This document shows, in pieces, positions 10,600 through 20,986 of a DNA stretch of 64,000 bases. The DNA is from Flavobacteriaceae bacterium. Its GTDB lineage: Bacteria > Bacteroidota > Bacteroidia > Flavobacteriales > Flavobacteriaceae. Under the pieces are notes generated by a model. That model was not told the origin of the DNA. It was given only the letters and a program-made list of their open reading frames with translations, and did not search any database. Numbering within the stretch: the stretch's first letter is position 1; every line of letters begins with the position of its first letter. Location of the stretch: positions 37,869 to 101,868 of the forward strand of contig CANKLE010000010.1 of NCBI GenBank assembly GCA_947483075.1, read 5' to 3'. Both the position numbers and the translations under genes were made by a program.

Positions 10600-11853
10600 A
10601 TGGTTGTCTACTTGCGTTTATTAGCCGAGAGTTTTCGTTTTGCCACCACTGCCTTACGTACCAATAAATTGCGTACGGCACTTTCGTTATTGGGCGTAAC
10701 AATTGGAATTTTTTCAATTATAGCGGTTTTGGCTGCGGTAGATTCCTTAGACAGAAAAATCAAAGCCGATCTGAGTAGTTTGGATAAAAACACCATGTAC
10801 CTCACCAATGTGTGTTTTGGCCCAACCGATATTCCCGAATGGAAGCGCAAACAATTTCCTGAGGTTACTTATGAAGAATACCAATTCCTAAAACAAAACA
10901 CCCACCAAGTCGAAAATTTTTGTTTCCAATATTTTACCAATCGCCAGAGCATCAAATACGATTCCAAAACAGTTTCTGATGTAAACTTGGTTCCGGTTAC
11001 CTATGAGTTTGTGGCCATTCAACGATTGGAATTACAAGCCGGACGATTTTTTAACGAAGCAGAATCCAATTCAGGGACAGCAGTCATTGTTTTGGGATAC
11101 GAAATAGCGCAGGGGCTTTTTGAGGACACCGATCCCATAGGCAAATCGGTGCGCTTGTTTGGCAAGCGTTTTCAAGTAATCGGCGTGACCAAAAAGAAAG
11201 GCCAAAATTTTAGCATGGGCGATAGCGATGACACCTCGGTCTTTATTTCATCCAATTTCATCCGTCGCGTATTTGGAGAACACAACGACACCATGTTGCC
11301 TGTTATCGTAGTTAAGCCAGAAAAAGGAGTTGATGTGAGCGAGATAAAAGCCGAAATTAGTTACAAATTGCGCAATTTACGGGGGGTAAAATCAGATGAA
11401 ATCGATGACTTTTTCGTGAATGTACTTTCTGGATTTACCGATTTTATAGATAATATTGTGGGGCAACTCAATATGGTGGGCTGGATTATTAGTGGATTTT
11501 CGCTCTTGGTAGGGGGATTCGGAATTGCCAATATCATGTTTGTTTCGGTCAAAGAACGCACCTCCCTCATCGGGATTCAAAAATCGTTGGGAGCCAAAAA
11601 CAAATTTATCTTATTTCAGTTTTTATTTGAAGCGGTAATCTTGGCCGTAATTGGCGGAATTATTGGGCTCTTCTTGGTTTGGATTATTGCATTGACGCTA
11701 ACCAAAATGCTCGATTTTGAGTTTATCTTAAGCTTCAATAATGTCTTGTTAGGCACCTCCCTTTCGGCGATAATCGGCTTGATTTCTGGAATACTTCCGG
11801 CCATTGCTGCTGCGCGATTAGATCCGGTCGAAGCCATTCGCACAGGGATTTAA
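10600..11853 (+). CDS. ABC transporter permease, FtsX/MacB-like
   Basis: 417 aa with an N-terminal TM segment, a large periplasmic MacB-type domain and a C-terminal FtsX 3-TM bundle (SLIGIQKSLGAKN). Confidence 0.8.
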   Translation: MVVYLRLLAESFRFATTALRTNKLRTALSLLGVTIGIFSIIAVLAAVDSLDRKIKADLSSLDKNTMYLTNVCFGPTDIPEWKRKQFPEVTYEEYQFLKQNTHQVENFCFQYFTNRQSIKYDSKTVSDVNLVPVTYEFVAIQRLELQAGRFFNEAESNSGTAVIVLGYEIAQGLFEDTDPIGKSVRLFGKRFQVIGVTKKKGQNFSMGDSDDTSVFISSNFIRRVFGEHNDTMLPVIVVKPEKGVDVSEIKAEISYKLRNLRGVKSDEIDDFFVNVLSGFTDFIDNIVGQLNMVGWIISGFSLLVGGFGIANIMFVSVKERTSLIGIQKSLGAKNKFILFQFLFEAVILAVIGGIIGLFLVWIIALTLTKMLDFEFILSFNNVLLGTSLSAIIGLISGILPAIAAARLDPVEAIRTGI

Positions 11854-11870
11854 GCGTAAATTACCCCTAT

Positions 11871-11906
11871 AAAAAAAGGAAGTACTGTTGAGTACTTCCT
11901 TTTTTT
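11871..11906. terminator. Bidirectional intrinsic terminator between the ABC permease gene and accD
   Basis: AAAAAAA-GGAAGTACT-gttg-AGTACTTCC-TTTTTTT. Confidence 0.75.
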
Positions 11907-11923
11907 ATGAAACGAAATTTTGC

Positions 11924-12778
11924 TTATCTGATTTCGTTGTTTTGAATTAAATCAAGATACAAGTTGATTTTGTCTTTCAATTCTTTTCGAGGCGTAATGA
12001 AATCCAAGAAACCGTGCTCTAATACAAATTCGGCGGTTTGGAATCCTTCGGGTAAATCTTTTCCAGTCGTGTCTTTTACCACACGCGGTCCAGCAAATCC
12101 AATCAAGGCGCCTGGTTCAGAAATATTCACGTCGCCCAACATCGCATAAGAAGCAGTTGTTCCTCCCGTAGTTGGATCGGTGCACAATGAAATGTAGGGA
12201 ATTTTTGCTTCGGCCAATTGCGCCAATTTGGCGGAGGTTTTGGCCAATTGCATCAACGAATAAGCCGCTTCCATCATTCGGGCACCTCCAGATTTGGAGA
12301 TCATTACAAACGGCACCTTATTTTTGATAGAATAATCTATTCCTCGAGCAATTTTTTCGCCCACAACCGCACCCATAGATCCCCCAATAAAGGCAAAATC
12401 CATGCAACATACCACCAAGTCTTTTCCTTTTGATTTTCCGACTCCGGTGCGCACGGCATCTTTGAGCTGCGTTTTGGCCATTACGTCTTTCAAACGATCT
12501 TCGTATTTTTTGGTGTCCACAAATTGCAACGGATCTTTGGAGGTCATGTTTTTATCCAATTCCTTGAATTCGTTGTTGTCAAATAAAATTTCAAAATACT
12601 CGGCACTGCCCACGCGTACATGAAAGCCATCTTCTGGACTCACCCATAAATTACGGGCCAATTCATCGGCGTCTACAATTTTACCGGTTGGCGATTTGTA
12701 CCACAAGCCTTTAGGCACATCCTTTTTGTCCTCGGTAGCCGTAGTAATCCCTTTTTCTGTTCGTTTAAACCAAGCCAT
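11924..12778 (-). CDS. accD: Acetyl-CoA carboxylase carboxyltransferase beta subunit
   Basis: 284 aa with a carboxyltransferase fold ([21 protein letters not shown]). Confidence 0.9.
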   Translation of the reverse strand: MAWFKRTEKGITTATEDKKDVPKGLWYKSPTGKIVDADELARNLWVSPEDGFHVRVGSAEYFEILFDNNEFKELDKNMTSKDPLQFVDTKKYEDRLKDVMAKTQLKDAVRTGVGKSKGKDLVVCCMDFAFIGGSMGAVVGEKIARGIDYSIKNKVPFVMISKSGGARMMEAAYSLMQLAKTSAKLAQLAEAKIPYISLCTDPTTGGTTASYAMLGDVNISEPGALIGFAGPRVVKDTTGKDLPEGFQTAEFVLEHGFLDFITPRKELKDKINLYLDLIQNNEIR

Positions 12779-12779
12779 A

Positions 12780-12815
12780 TTTTTTAATTAATAATTAATA
12801 ATGAATAATTAAAAA
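12780..12815 (+). repeat. AT-rich ~36-nt module, with a second copy at 52312-52349
   Basis: TTTTTTAATTAATAATTAATAATGAATAATTAAAAAT compared with TTTTTTAATTAATAATTAATAATGAAAAATTAATAAT. The first 26 nt are identical. Confidence 0.7.
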
Positions 12816-12850
12816 TGTGTAATTTTTAATTAAGCCTTACTAGAAGTTAG

Positions 12851-13918
12851 TTACAATGTGTTTACGTTGTTTAAGTCGGCGAAAGCTTGTTCCAATCGTT
12901 TATTGAAGGTCAATTCGCCTTCACGAACCCATTTTCTTGGATCGTAGTGTTTTTTGTTTGGTGAATCGGCGCCTTCTGGGTTTCCAATTTGGGTGCGCAA
13001 GTACTCAATATTATTCACCATATAATCTCGGATGCCTTCGGTGTACGCAAACTGCAAATCGGTGTCGATGTTCATCTTGATTACGCCGTAGCCAATGGCT
13101 TCTCTAATTTCTTCTAAGGTTGATCCGGATCCGCCGTGAAATACAAAATCAACAGGATTTTCTCCGGTGTTGTAGTGGGCTTGCACATATACTTGCGAAT
13201 TGTGCAAGATTTTTGGTGTCAATTTTACATTCCCCGGTTTGTATACCCCGTGCACATTTCCGAAGGCAGCAGCAATCGTAAACTTAGGACTCACTTTCAT
13301 CAACTCTTCGTATGCGTAGGCCACTTCTTCGGGTTGGGTGTAAAGTTTAGAGCTGTCTACGTCTGAGTTATCAACTCCGTCTTCTTCTCCTCCGGTAATA
13401 CCCAATTCAATTTCGAGTGTCATGCCCATTTTGCTCATGCGCGCTAAATATTCTTTACAGATTTCGATGTTTTCGTGCAAAGGTTCTTCCGACAAATCAA
13501 TCATGTGCGAACTAAACAAAGGTTTGCCTGTTGCGGCAAAATGCGCCTCGCTTGCATCCAAAAGCCCGTCAATCCAAGGCAATAAATTTTTGGCGCAGTG
13601 GTCGGTGTGTAAAATTACAGTTGCACCGTAGGCTTCTGCCAAGGTGTGTATGTGTTTGGCACCAGCAATTCCTCCTGCAATGGCAGCTTTTTGGTTTTCG
13701 TTTGACAAGCCTTTCCCGGCATTATAAATTGCCCCGCCATTAGAAAACTGAATGATAACAGGAGCATTTAATTTGGCTGCCGTTTCTAATACGCCATTGA
13801 TAGTGCTCGATCCGGTAACATTCACAGCCGGAATAGCAAAACCCTTTTCTTTGGCATATTGAAAAATTTCTTGTACTTGATCACCGGTTGCAACACCAGG
13901 TTTGATAGCATGGGCCAT
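12851..13918 (-). CDS. fbaA: Class II fructose-bisphosphate aldolase
   Basis: 355 aa with HTDHC and FHGGSGS motifs. Confidence 0.95.
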   Translation of the reverse strand: MAHAIKPGVATGDQVQEIFQYAKEKGFAIPAVNVTGSSTINGVLETAAKLNAPVIIQFSNGGAIYNAGKGLSNENQKAAIAGGIAGAKHIHTLAEAYGATVILHTDHCAKNLLPWIDGLLDASEAHFAATGKPLFSSHMIDLSEEPLHENIEICKEYLARMSKMGMTLEIELGITGGEEDGVDNSDVDSSKLYTQPEEVAYAYEELMKVSPKFTIAAAFGNVHGVYKPGNVKLTPKILHNSQVYVQAHYNTGENPVDFVFHGGSGSTLEEIREAIGYGVIKMNIDTDLQFAYTEGIRDYMVNNIEYLRTQIGNPEGADSPNKKHYDPRKWVREGELTFNKRLEQAFADLNNVNTL

Positions 13919-13964
13919 GATTTTTGATTTAAAAATTGAGGGGCAAAAATAATAATTAATCCAT

Positions 13965-16553
13965 TTAGAACGGGTAATTTATACCAATATTTACGACGCT
14001 ATGGCTAAAATTATAATCTCTAAACCACTTTTTTGCAGCCAATTCGACCGGATTATAGGTTTTAAATCCAAAATCCAAGCGCACCACAAAAAAGCTAAAA
14101 TCATAACGAAATCCAAAGCCCGAACCTACCGCGATGTCTTGCAACGATTTTAGGCCAGAAAACACGGCTTTTTCGTCGGTGACGTTGTCAAACACATTCC
14201 AAATATTTCCGGCATCTACAAAAACAGCGCCGTTGAGTTGGCCAAAAAGATTAAATCGGTGCTCTAGATTTCCGGAAAGTTTAAAGTTGGCTTCGTTAAA
14301 ATCATTTACTGCAGAAGTTCTGCCTGGGCCAAGCGAATACGATTGCCAAGCGCGATTGTCATTTGATCCACCCGAGTAATAAGAGCGCGAAAATGGGATA
14401 TTGTCTGAGTTTCCGTAGGGAATAGCAATCCCCACAAAACTGCGAAATGCCAGTATATTTTTGTGACTCAAATCCCAATGCTTCACGTATTCTACTTCGG
14501 TTTTTGCGTATTGAGAAAATTCAACCCCAAAAATGTCCCGGTTTCCGTTTTCGTTTATGAACTTGTCAGAAGAGCGAGTGAGGAGCGAAAGGACATTTCC
14601 GGCCAATTCTAATTTTGTTTTTAACCCATGAAATGTTTCGTCGGCGGCATCGCTTTTGGAGGTTTTTGCGTAGGTATAGCTCGAGGCTAAAATAAAATTG
14701 TTCTCCGTAAGGCGTCGTCGGCGTTCGTTGATGCTGCTAATGATTTTCTTGTCGGCATCCGAGGGAAGGATGGTAGGATTTGCACCCAAGACCGCATTGA
14801 TGAAATTGTCGGTTCCTTGGGTGATAATTAAATTTCCATTATTGAAATAAGTGGGATCGGCATTGTAGCGAATAGCCAAGTTGTTGAGGGTGGTGTACGA
14901 GGAATTGTACACATTAAAATAATTGGCCGTATTGATGTTTTTGATGTATTGAATGTTGAACAGGTCATATTTTACATTGGTGTTTTTATAGGGGCTCCAA
15001 TTGTAGGACATCGATCCGGTGACGTTCTCTTTGTCTAGCCCAATGTTTTCTTGTTTAGAAAAACCGATGCTCATTAGGGTAGAAGGAATCATACTTTTTG
15101 GGATGATTTTTTCGGCATCAAAAAACATAAAAATGCGCGGAAAATTCAATTTCATGTCCAAACCATATTCAGATACATTAAAAAAACGATCTTTAGAATT
15201 GGCTAAATCTTTTGAGGACCCTATATTTCCTCTGGCTGCAATTTCAAAGGTCTCGGCACCATTAAACACATTTCGTATGGCTACAGACAGCGCTCCCGAA
15301 ATTCCAAAATCTTGGATGTTGGAATGGGTTAAGGAAAGGCTAGGCGCCAAGGTAAATTTATTTCTGGGAGCCAAATAAATATTGGCAATCAAGGCCTGGT
15401 GTAGGGTGTCTCGTTTGTCAATTTCGTACTGGATGGTGGGGTAATTAAAGATCTTTAAATTATTTAAATACCGGGTAGTGAGGGTGGTTTTGTTGTCAGA
15501 AAACAAGCTTCCTTTGGTAATAAACACCGCGTCGGTCAATGCTTTTGGGCGGTAACGCAATTTGTTTTTGCTGAATAAATTGAAATTAAAATACTTGGTT
15601 TTCACACTGTCATTTAGGGTAACTTTGGTTTTGCTGGCTACATAATCGGTATAGATGTTTACCTCGCTGATGGTGAATAACTGAAATGGTTTGGTTTTGG
15701 TTGTGTCGTTTTCTCGGTACGAATAATCCCCAATTTTCAGTTCTAAATTGGCTTTTTTGTGGGTATTGATCGTATCAATGTCATAAGAAATGTAATTCTG
15801 TTGAAACTGAAAGGCGCCATTTGTTCGGAAGTAATTGGTGATTCGGCTGCGCTCGTTTTCGAGGTTTTCTGTTTTGTAGGCCTGTTTTGTTTTCACCAAA
15901 GAAAGCTCCTTTTTTAGGGCGTACAAAGAATCCAAAACCGGGCTGGCAATTGTGGTTTTTAAGCTGTCAATTTCAAAGGCTTTCCCTGTAGTGACCAGGT
16001 AGTTTATTTTTGCTTTTTTGGGCGCTATCGAATCTATGGTAAAGGAAGTTTTTACATCAAAAAAACCCAAATTAAAGTAATAAGCTTGCAAGCGATTGGC
16101 CGATTTTTGAGCGCTTTTTGCATCAATTATGGTAGGAGGTTCGCCGTTGTCGCGCAAAAAATTATGTATCCCGGCATACCAAAACGAATTGCCCATGCGG
16201 TTTACTTGCTTGGCCGACAACCACTTGGCTTGACGTTTGTATTTTTCAGGATTTTTGATGTATTTGGCTTTGTAAATGGAGTCGTGGTTGAGTTTGGCCA
16301 AATTATATAAGTTGAGCCGCAAGTGATAACCCGCCAAAGACGAATTGGGTTTTTGGTAGAGCAGGGTAGAGACCACCTCGGAGTTTTCGGGAATGCCATT
16401 TACTAAAATGGTGTTTTTGGTGAGTAGTTTTTTGCCGTTGGGAACTCGTTTTACTGTATTACAAGCCACGATTACTAGCGCGGTTAGAATAAATAATGAT
16501 ATTTTTGCAACAGTGTTTCTCAAAGGGAGTTGTAATTTAATCCAAAAGTACAT
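13965..16553 (-). CDS. BamA/TamA-family outer-membrane protein
   Basis: The track ORF (13965-16658) was trimmed to the ATG at 16553 (MYFWIKLQ...LVIVAC signal/lipobox). It has POTRA-like repeats, a D15-type barrel and a C-terminal aromatic residue (INYPF). Confidence 0.75.
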   Translation of the reverse strand: MYFWIKLQLPLRNTVAKISLFILTALVIVACNTVKRVPNGKKLLTKNTILVNGIPENSEVVSTLLYQKPNSSLAGYHLRLNLYNLAKLNHDSIYKAKYIKNPEKYKRQAKWLSAKQVNRMGNSFWYAGIHNFLRDNGEPPTIIDAKSAQKSANRLQAYYFNLGFFDVKTSFTIDSIAPKKAKINYLVTTGKAFEIDSLKTTIASPVLDSLYALKKELSLVKTKQAYKTENLENERSRITNYFRTNGAFQFQQNYISYDIDTINTHKKANLELKIGDYSYRENDTTKTKPFQLFTISEVNIYTDYVASKTKVTLNDSVKTKYFNFNLFSKNKLRYRPKALTDAVFITKGSLFSDNKTTLTTRYLNNLKIFNYPTIQYEIDKRDTLHQALIANIYLAPRNKFTLAPSLSLTHSNIQDFGISGALSVAIRNVFNGAETFEIAARGNIGSSKDLANSKDRFFNVSEYGLDMKLNFPRIFMFFDAEKIIPKSMIPSTLMSIGFSKQENIGLDKENVTGSMSYNWSPYKNTNVKYDLFNIQYIKNINTANYFNVYNSSYTTLNNLAIRYNADPTYFNNGNLIITQGTDNFINAVLGANPTILPSDADKKIISSINERRRRLTENNFILASSYTYAKTSKSDAADETFHGLKTKLELAGNVLSLLTRSSDKFINENGNRDIFGVEFSQYAKTEVEYVKHWDLSHKNILAFRSFVGIAIPYGNSDNIPFSRSYYSGGSNDNRAWQSYSLGPGRTSAVNDFNEANFKLSGNLEHRFNLFGQLNGAVFVDAGNIWNVFDNVTDEKAVFSGLKSLQDIAVGSGFGFRYDFSFFVVRLDFGFKTYNPVELAAKKWFRDYNFSHSVVNIGINYPF

Positions 16554-16560
16554 TATTTCT

Positions 16561-17295
16561 ATGGTTACTAAAAACCAAATAAAATTAATCAGCAGTTTGC
16601 AACAAAAAAAATACCGCACACAAGAACAGTTGTTTGTGGCCGAGGGCATTAAATGCATTCAAGAGTTGCTACAGGCTTCGTTTGAACCGGTTTTTTTGTT
16701 TGCAACCACCCCCGTTTTTGACAACCATCACGAAGAACTTGTGAACTATATTTCACCTGCAGAATTGCAAAAAATGTCGAGCCTCAACACCGCCAACAAT
16801 TGCCTTGCCGTATTCAAAATTCCTCAACCAAAACGGAGGAAAGAAAGTGGCTTAATTGTTGCGCTAGACGAGGTGCGCGATCCCGGCAATTTAGGGACCA
16901 TTATACGCTTGTGTGATTGGTTTGGAATTGATCAACTCTATTGTTCGCCAGAAACAGTTGATGTTTATAACCCGAAAGTCGTGCAAGCGACCATGGGCTC
17001 CTTGGCACGTGTCTCCGTCTATTATGTAGATTTAACTAAGTTGATTTCAGAAACTTCTTTGCCTGTTTTGGGCACCTTTATGGATGGTGATTCCATCTAC
17101 CAAATGGCATTGCCAAATGAGGGAATACTCGTAATGGGAAATGAAGCCAATGGCATTTCAGCAGCAGTTGCCGCTCGAATTACGCAGCGAATTGCGATTC
17201 CTAAATTTGGGGATTTACAACAAACAGAAAGCCTAAATGTGGCCACTGCTACTGCTATTTTCTTGAGTGAATTTAAACGGGGTAGATCGGCCTAA
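16561..17295 (+). CDS. TrmH/SpoU-family RNA 2'-O-methyltransferase
   Basis: The track ORF was trimmed to the ATG at 16561 (MVTKNQIKLISSLQQKKYR). The SpoU C-terminal knot motifs are LVMGNEANGIS and ESLNVATATAIFLSEF. Confidence 0.85.
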   Translation: MVTKNQIKLISSLQQKKYRTQEQLFVAEGIKCIQELLQASFEPVFLFATTPVFDNHHEELVNYISPAELQKMSSLNTANNCLAVFKIPQPKRRKESGLIVALDEVRDPGNLGTIIRLCDWFGIDQLYCSPETVDVYNPKVVQATMGSLARVSVYYVDLTKLISETSLPVLGTFMDGDSIYQMALPNEGILVMGNEANGISAAVAARITQRIAIPKFGDLQQTESLNVATATAIFLSEFKRGRSA

Positions 17296-17308
17296 GTAAT
17301 TGGCAATT

Positions 17309-18013
17309 TTAATGAAAGGTAAAATTGATCAACACGGCACGTGTTTTCATAGAGTTGATGTTGCTGGTCCAGGGACTCGCCGGATCAGTGTCACGAATCA
17401 ATTCATCGCCTAAGCCAAATACGCCTCGAATAGAAGGAGAGAACTTAAAGTATTCCATGTACAAGTCCATGCCAAATCCGATTTCATAATTTTTTGTCCA
17501 TTGTTTTACCCTGAATTTTCCTTGCATATTGTCGTCAATAGATTTGGAATTGCTCGACAAATTTAAGGTGGTAGATAATCCCCCAACGATATAAGGCCGA
17601 ATATTCCCGGTACGTTTGGATGAGAATTTAAGCAATAACGGAAAATGTATATAGGTGGCGGCTACTTTGCGTTCGGCGTCTGTTGGATCGGTAAAATTGG
17701 GGAAAACCATATTGCGCGTGGTGTAATACAAACCCGGTTCAAAACGCAAATTAATGTATTCTTGAAGCCTCAAATCGCCCACCAAGCCTACATTAAAACC
17801 CGTGGTGCGATTTACAATGACATCGGGCGCTATATTCTTGTAATCAAAGGCATAATCATAAAAGCAAAAACCTAAAAAATACCCCCAATACACGCGCTGT
17901 TTGTCAAAGTTTTCTAAATTGACAATGGGGTCTTTGCTAAACATTCCTTTTACTCCTTGAGCTGAAACAGAAAGGGAGATCAATAAAATTATAGAGAGTA
18001 GATACTTTTTCAT
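17309..18013 (-). CDS. PorT/SprT-like outer-membrane beta-barrel protein
   Basis: 234 aa with a signal peptide, alternating beta-strand pattern and C-terminal FTFH. Its position next to ubiE is as I recall for PorT-family genes. The family assignment was not verified. Confidence 0.5.
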   Translation of the reverse strand: MKKYLLSIILLISLSVSAQGVKGMFSKDPIVNLENFDKQRVYWGYFLGFCFYDYAFDYKNIAPDVIVNRTTGFNVGLVGDLRLQEYINLRFEPGLYYTTRNMVFPNFTDPTDAERKVAATYIHFPLLLKFSSKRTGNIRPYIVGGLSTTLNLSSNSKSIDDNMQGKFRVKQWTKNYEIGFGMDLYMEYFKFSPSIRGVFGLGDELIRDTDPASPWTSNINSMKTRAVLINFTFH

Positions 18014-18016
18014 AGC

Positions 18017-18760
18017 TTATTTTGTTGCCGTATAAATGGTCGCTACGCCAAATGTTTGGGGAAGGGCCGATGCCTTACTAAACCCCGATTTACTCAAAAT
18101 ATTGCATAAGGCCTCGCCAAACGGAAATGCTGCAGCAGATTTTGACAGGTAGCCATAGGCTTTGTTGTCTTTAGAGAACAGCTTCCCGATGAGCGGCAAG
18201 ATGTATTTGGTGTAGAAAAAATAGCCTTGTTTATATGGAAATTTCGTGGGGTTTGAGGTTTCTAATACCACGAAAATACCTCCGGGTTTTAAGACGCGTA
18301 AAATTTCGGCCAAGCCGACTTCCAAATGTTCAAAGTTTCGAAGGCCAAAGGCTACGGTAATCGAGTCAAAGGTATTCGGCTCAAAAGGCATGTTCTCCGA
18401 ATCGGCCAAGAGCATTTCTATTTTGTGACTGAGTTGTTGTTGATCAATTTTTTGTTGTCCTACGGCCAGCATTCCAGCCGAAATATCTAAGCCAACAATT
18501 TTTTCGGCCGAAGTTTGTGCCATCAATAAGGCTAAATCTCCCGTGCCGGTGGCAATATCAAGAATAAATTTGGGTTGATTTTGTGTGGCCAATTGCACCA
18601 CTTTTCTACGCCATTTTTTGTCGATTCCAAAGGAGATCACCCGATTTAAGCCATCGTAGTTGCTCGAAATGGTGTCAAACATCTGCGCAACTTGCTCTTT
18701 CTTGCTTTGACTAGTCGAATCGTAGGGCGTGATGGGTGAATGCATGGAATTTTTTTGCAA
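18017..18760 (-). CDS. ubiE: Demethylmenaquinone methyltransferase
   Basis: 247 aa with MFDTISSNYDGLNRVISFG and the SAM motif LDIATGTGDLAL. Confidence 0.9.
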   Translation of the reverse strand: MQKNSMHSPITPYDSTSQSKKEQVAQMFDTISSNYDGLNRVISFGIDKKWRRKVVQLATQNQPKFILDIATGTGDLALLMAQTSAEKIVGLDISAGMLAVGQQKIDQQQLSHKIEMLLADSENMPFEPNTFDSITVAFGLRNFEHLEVGLAEILRVLKPGGIFVVLETSNPTKFPYKQGYFFYTKYILPLIGKLFSKDNKAYGYLSKSAAAFPFGEALCNILSKSGFSKASALPQTFGVATIYTATK

Positions 18761-18780
18761 ATATACTATTCTGAGTCAAA

Positions 18781-19269
18781 CTAAAGGGTTCTTTTTTCAA
18801 AGCGTTGAAAGCGGAACGCATAGGCATGACGATCATCGGCTGGGTGCAATTCCTCAGCAATCAGTTCCCAAATTTCAGGGTTAATTTCAGGAAAAAAAGT
18901 ATCGGCATCGAGTTGGGCTTCCACCCGAGTAAGTTCTATGGCATGCGCAAAAGGCATTGCTTGTTGGTAAATTTCGCCGCCTCCAATCACAAATGCAGCT
19001 TCTTGTTTTGGAACAAGAGCCAACGCGGCTTCTAGGCTATTTGCTGTCAAGACTCCATGGGGTTTATAAGCGAGTTGTCTGCTAATCACTACATGGGTGC
19101 GGTTGGGCAATATTCCGGGCAAACTCTCGAACGTTTTACGCCCCATAATAATAAAATGCCCAGAAGTTAGGGTTTTAAAATGGGTAAAATCATGCGGCAA
19201 ATGCCATAGCAATTGGTTTTCTTTTCCCAATTCGTTTCGAAGTCCGGCAGCGGCAATAAGTGTAATCAT
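18781..19269 (-). CDS. folA: Dihydrofolate reductase
   Basis: Trimmed to MITLIAAAGLRNELGKENQLLWHLPHDF. The GRKTFESL motif is present. Confidence 0.9.
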   Translation of the reverse strand: MITLIAAAGLRNELGKENQLLWHLPHDFTHFKTLTSGHFIIMGRKTFESLPGILPNRTHVVISRQLAYKPHGVLTANSLEAALALVPKQEAAFVIGGGEIYQQAMPFAHAIELTRVEAQLDADTFFPEINPEIWELIAEELHPADDRHAYAFRFQRFEKRTL

Positions 19270-19429
19270 GAGGTTGAATCTAGCGGGGTAAAAATACACA
19301 ATCCGGAGGCAGAAAAAAGAAGCCTAGCCCTAAAATTGCTAGTGAATTACAATTACAATAAAGTACATGGCTTTTTCTGGACAAAAATCGATGGTTTTCG
19401 CTAAAATTTGGAGCTAAACTATCAAGTTT

Positions 19430-20254
19430 TTATACCGCTACCACTCCTTTGATGTGCGGATGCGGATCGTAGCCCTCTAAGCTAAAATCATCAAATGTAA
19501 AATCGAAGATATTGGTTATGGTAGGATTCAATTTTATGGTAGGTAAAGGCCGCAGCTCTCGCGATAATTGCAATTCTACTTGCTCAATGTGATTGGAATA
19601 AATGTGAGCATCTCCAAAAGTATGGATGAATTCGCCGGCTTCTAACTTGCATACTTGGGCAATCATGAGGGTCAATAGAGCATAGGAAGCAATATTAAAA
19701 GGAACGCCCAAAAAGATGTCGGCCGAACGCTGGTACAATTGACAAGACAATTTGCCATTAGCCACATAAAACTGAAAAAAGGCATGACAAGGCGGTAAAG
19801 CGACTTTCCCGTTTGCTACATTTTCGGCAAATGACTTTGTGGTGTCGGGTAAAACCGAGGGGTTCCAAGCCGAAATCAATAATCGGCGGCTGTTGGGATT
19901 GGTTTTTATCGCATCTATTAATTCGGTAATTTGATCAATTTCTTCGTTGTTCCAATTGCGCCACTGACGGCCATATACGGGGCCTAAATCGCCATTTTCA
20001 TCGGCCCATTCGTCCCAAATTTTCACCCCGTTTTCTTGTAAATACGCAATATTGGTATCGCCCTTTAAAAACCACAACAATTCGTAGACAATCGATTTGA
20101 GGTGTAATTTTTTGGTGGTAACCATCGGAAACCCTTCGCTTAAATCAAAGCGCATTTGGTAGCCAAAAACACTTTTGGTTCCGGTTCCGGTGCGGTCGCC
20201 TTTAATGGTTCCTGTTTCGAGTACGTGCTTTACTAAATCGTGGTATTGTTTCAT
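19430..20254 (-). CDS. thyA: Thymidylate synthase
   Basis: 274 aa with the active-site block [11 protein letters not shown]. Confidence 0.95.
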   Translation of the reverse strand: MKQYHDLVKHVLETGTIKGDRTGTGTKSVFGYQMRFDLSEGFPMVTTKKLHLKSIVYELLWFLKGDTNIAYLQENGVKIWDEWADENGDLGPVYGRQWRNWNNEEIDQITELIDAIKTNPNSRRLLISAWNPSVLPDTTKSFAENVANGKVALPPCHAFFQFYVANGKLSCQLYQRSADIFLGVPFNIASYALLTLMIAQVCKLEAGEFIHTFGDAHIYSNHIEQVELQLSRELRPLPTIKLNPTITNIFDFTFDDFSLEGYDPHPHIKGVVAV

Positions 20255-20892
20255 GCTTGGTGCAAGTTTTGGTCTTCTCGATTGGAAATTTCGTCCCGAA
20301 TACGGGCTGCTTTTTCGTAGTCTTCTTCTGTGATCGCAAGGTCTAAGGATTCGTACAATTCAGAAATGGAATAGTGAGTGTAAATAGATTCATTTGCTTG
20401 CATTTCCTCTTCCTCCTCAAATTCAGTAATTGGAGTTAAAATGTCATCTGCAGTGACATCATCGCCCAACGATTGTGTAGGATTTAAATGAACGCCAGCT
20501 TTATCTAATATGTTTTTGTAGGTAAATATGGGTGCAGCAAATCGAAGCGCCAGGGCAATAGCATCAGAGGTTCTAGCGTCTATGGCTTCCTCAATCCCGT
20601 CGCGTTCACAAACAATGCTAGAGTAAAATACCCCGTCGACCAATTTATGAATCAGTACTTTTTTGAGTTGAATGTGAAAACAATCGGCAAAGTTTTTGAA
20701 CAAATCATGGGTGAGTGGCCGAGGTGGTGTAATCTCTTTTTCCATGGCAATCGCAATGGCTTGGGCCTCAAAGGCGCCAATCACAATCGGAATGGTTCGG
20801 TCGCCGCCTACTTCATTGAGCACCAAAGCATAGGCGCCGTTTTGGGTCTGGCTGTACGAGATTCCTTTTATGGATAACAAGATTAAACTCAT
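20251..20892 (-). CDS. Bifunctional nuclease family (DUF151) protein with a UVR motif
   Basis: Trimmed to the ATG at 20892, because the upstream part of the track ORF covers the etfA terminator hairpin. The sequence includes [19 protein letters not shown] and a C-terminal [12 protein letters not shown]. Its stop overlaps the thyA start (ATGA). Confidence 0.8.
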   Translation of the reverse strand: MSLILLSIKGISYSQTQNGAYALVLNEVGGDRTIPIVIGAFEAQAIAIAMEKEITPPRPLTHDLFKNFADCFHIQLKKVLIHKLVDGVFYSSIVCERDGIEEAIDARTSDAIALALRFAAPIFTYKNILDKAGVHLNPTQSLGDDVTADDILTPITEFEEEEEMQANESIYTHYSISELYESLDLAITEEDYEKAARIRDEISNREDQNLHQA

Positions 20893-20942
20893 GCTTGCAA
20901 AAGTAAGCGGAATTGATGAATACTCAAATACTTCTATAAAAT

Positions 20943-20973
20943 AAAAAAGCCCTTTGAATTTCAAAGGGCTTTT
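20943..20973 (-). terminator. Intrinsic terminator after etfA
   Basis: A perfect palindrome, AAAAGCCCTTTGAA/TTCAAAGGGCTTTT, with a T-run on the minus strand. Confidence 0.7.
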
Positions 20974-20986
20974 AGGGTGTTTTGGG

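Noticed and set aside
16393-16658. Overlapping N-terminal extensions of the track ORFs 13965-16658 (-) and 16393-17295 (+)
   Set aside because: Both extensions are Cys- and Phe-rich sequence preceding clear native starts: MYFWIKL with a signal/lipobox at 16553, and MVTKNQIKLISSL at 16561. After trimming, the two start codons are 7 bp apart back to back. That is compact but ordinary divergent organisation, so I did not report it as a finding.
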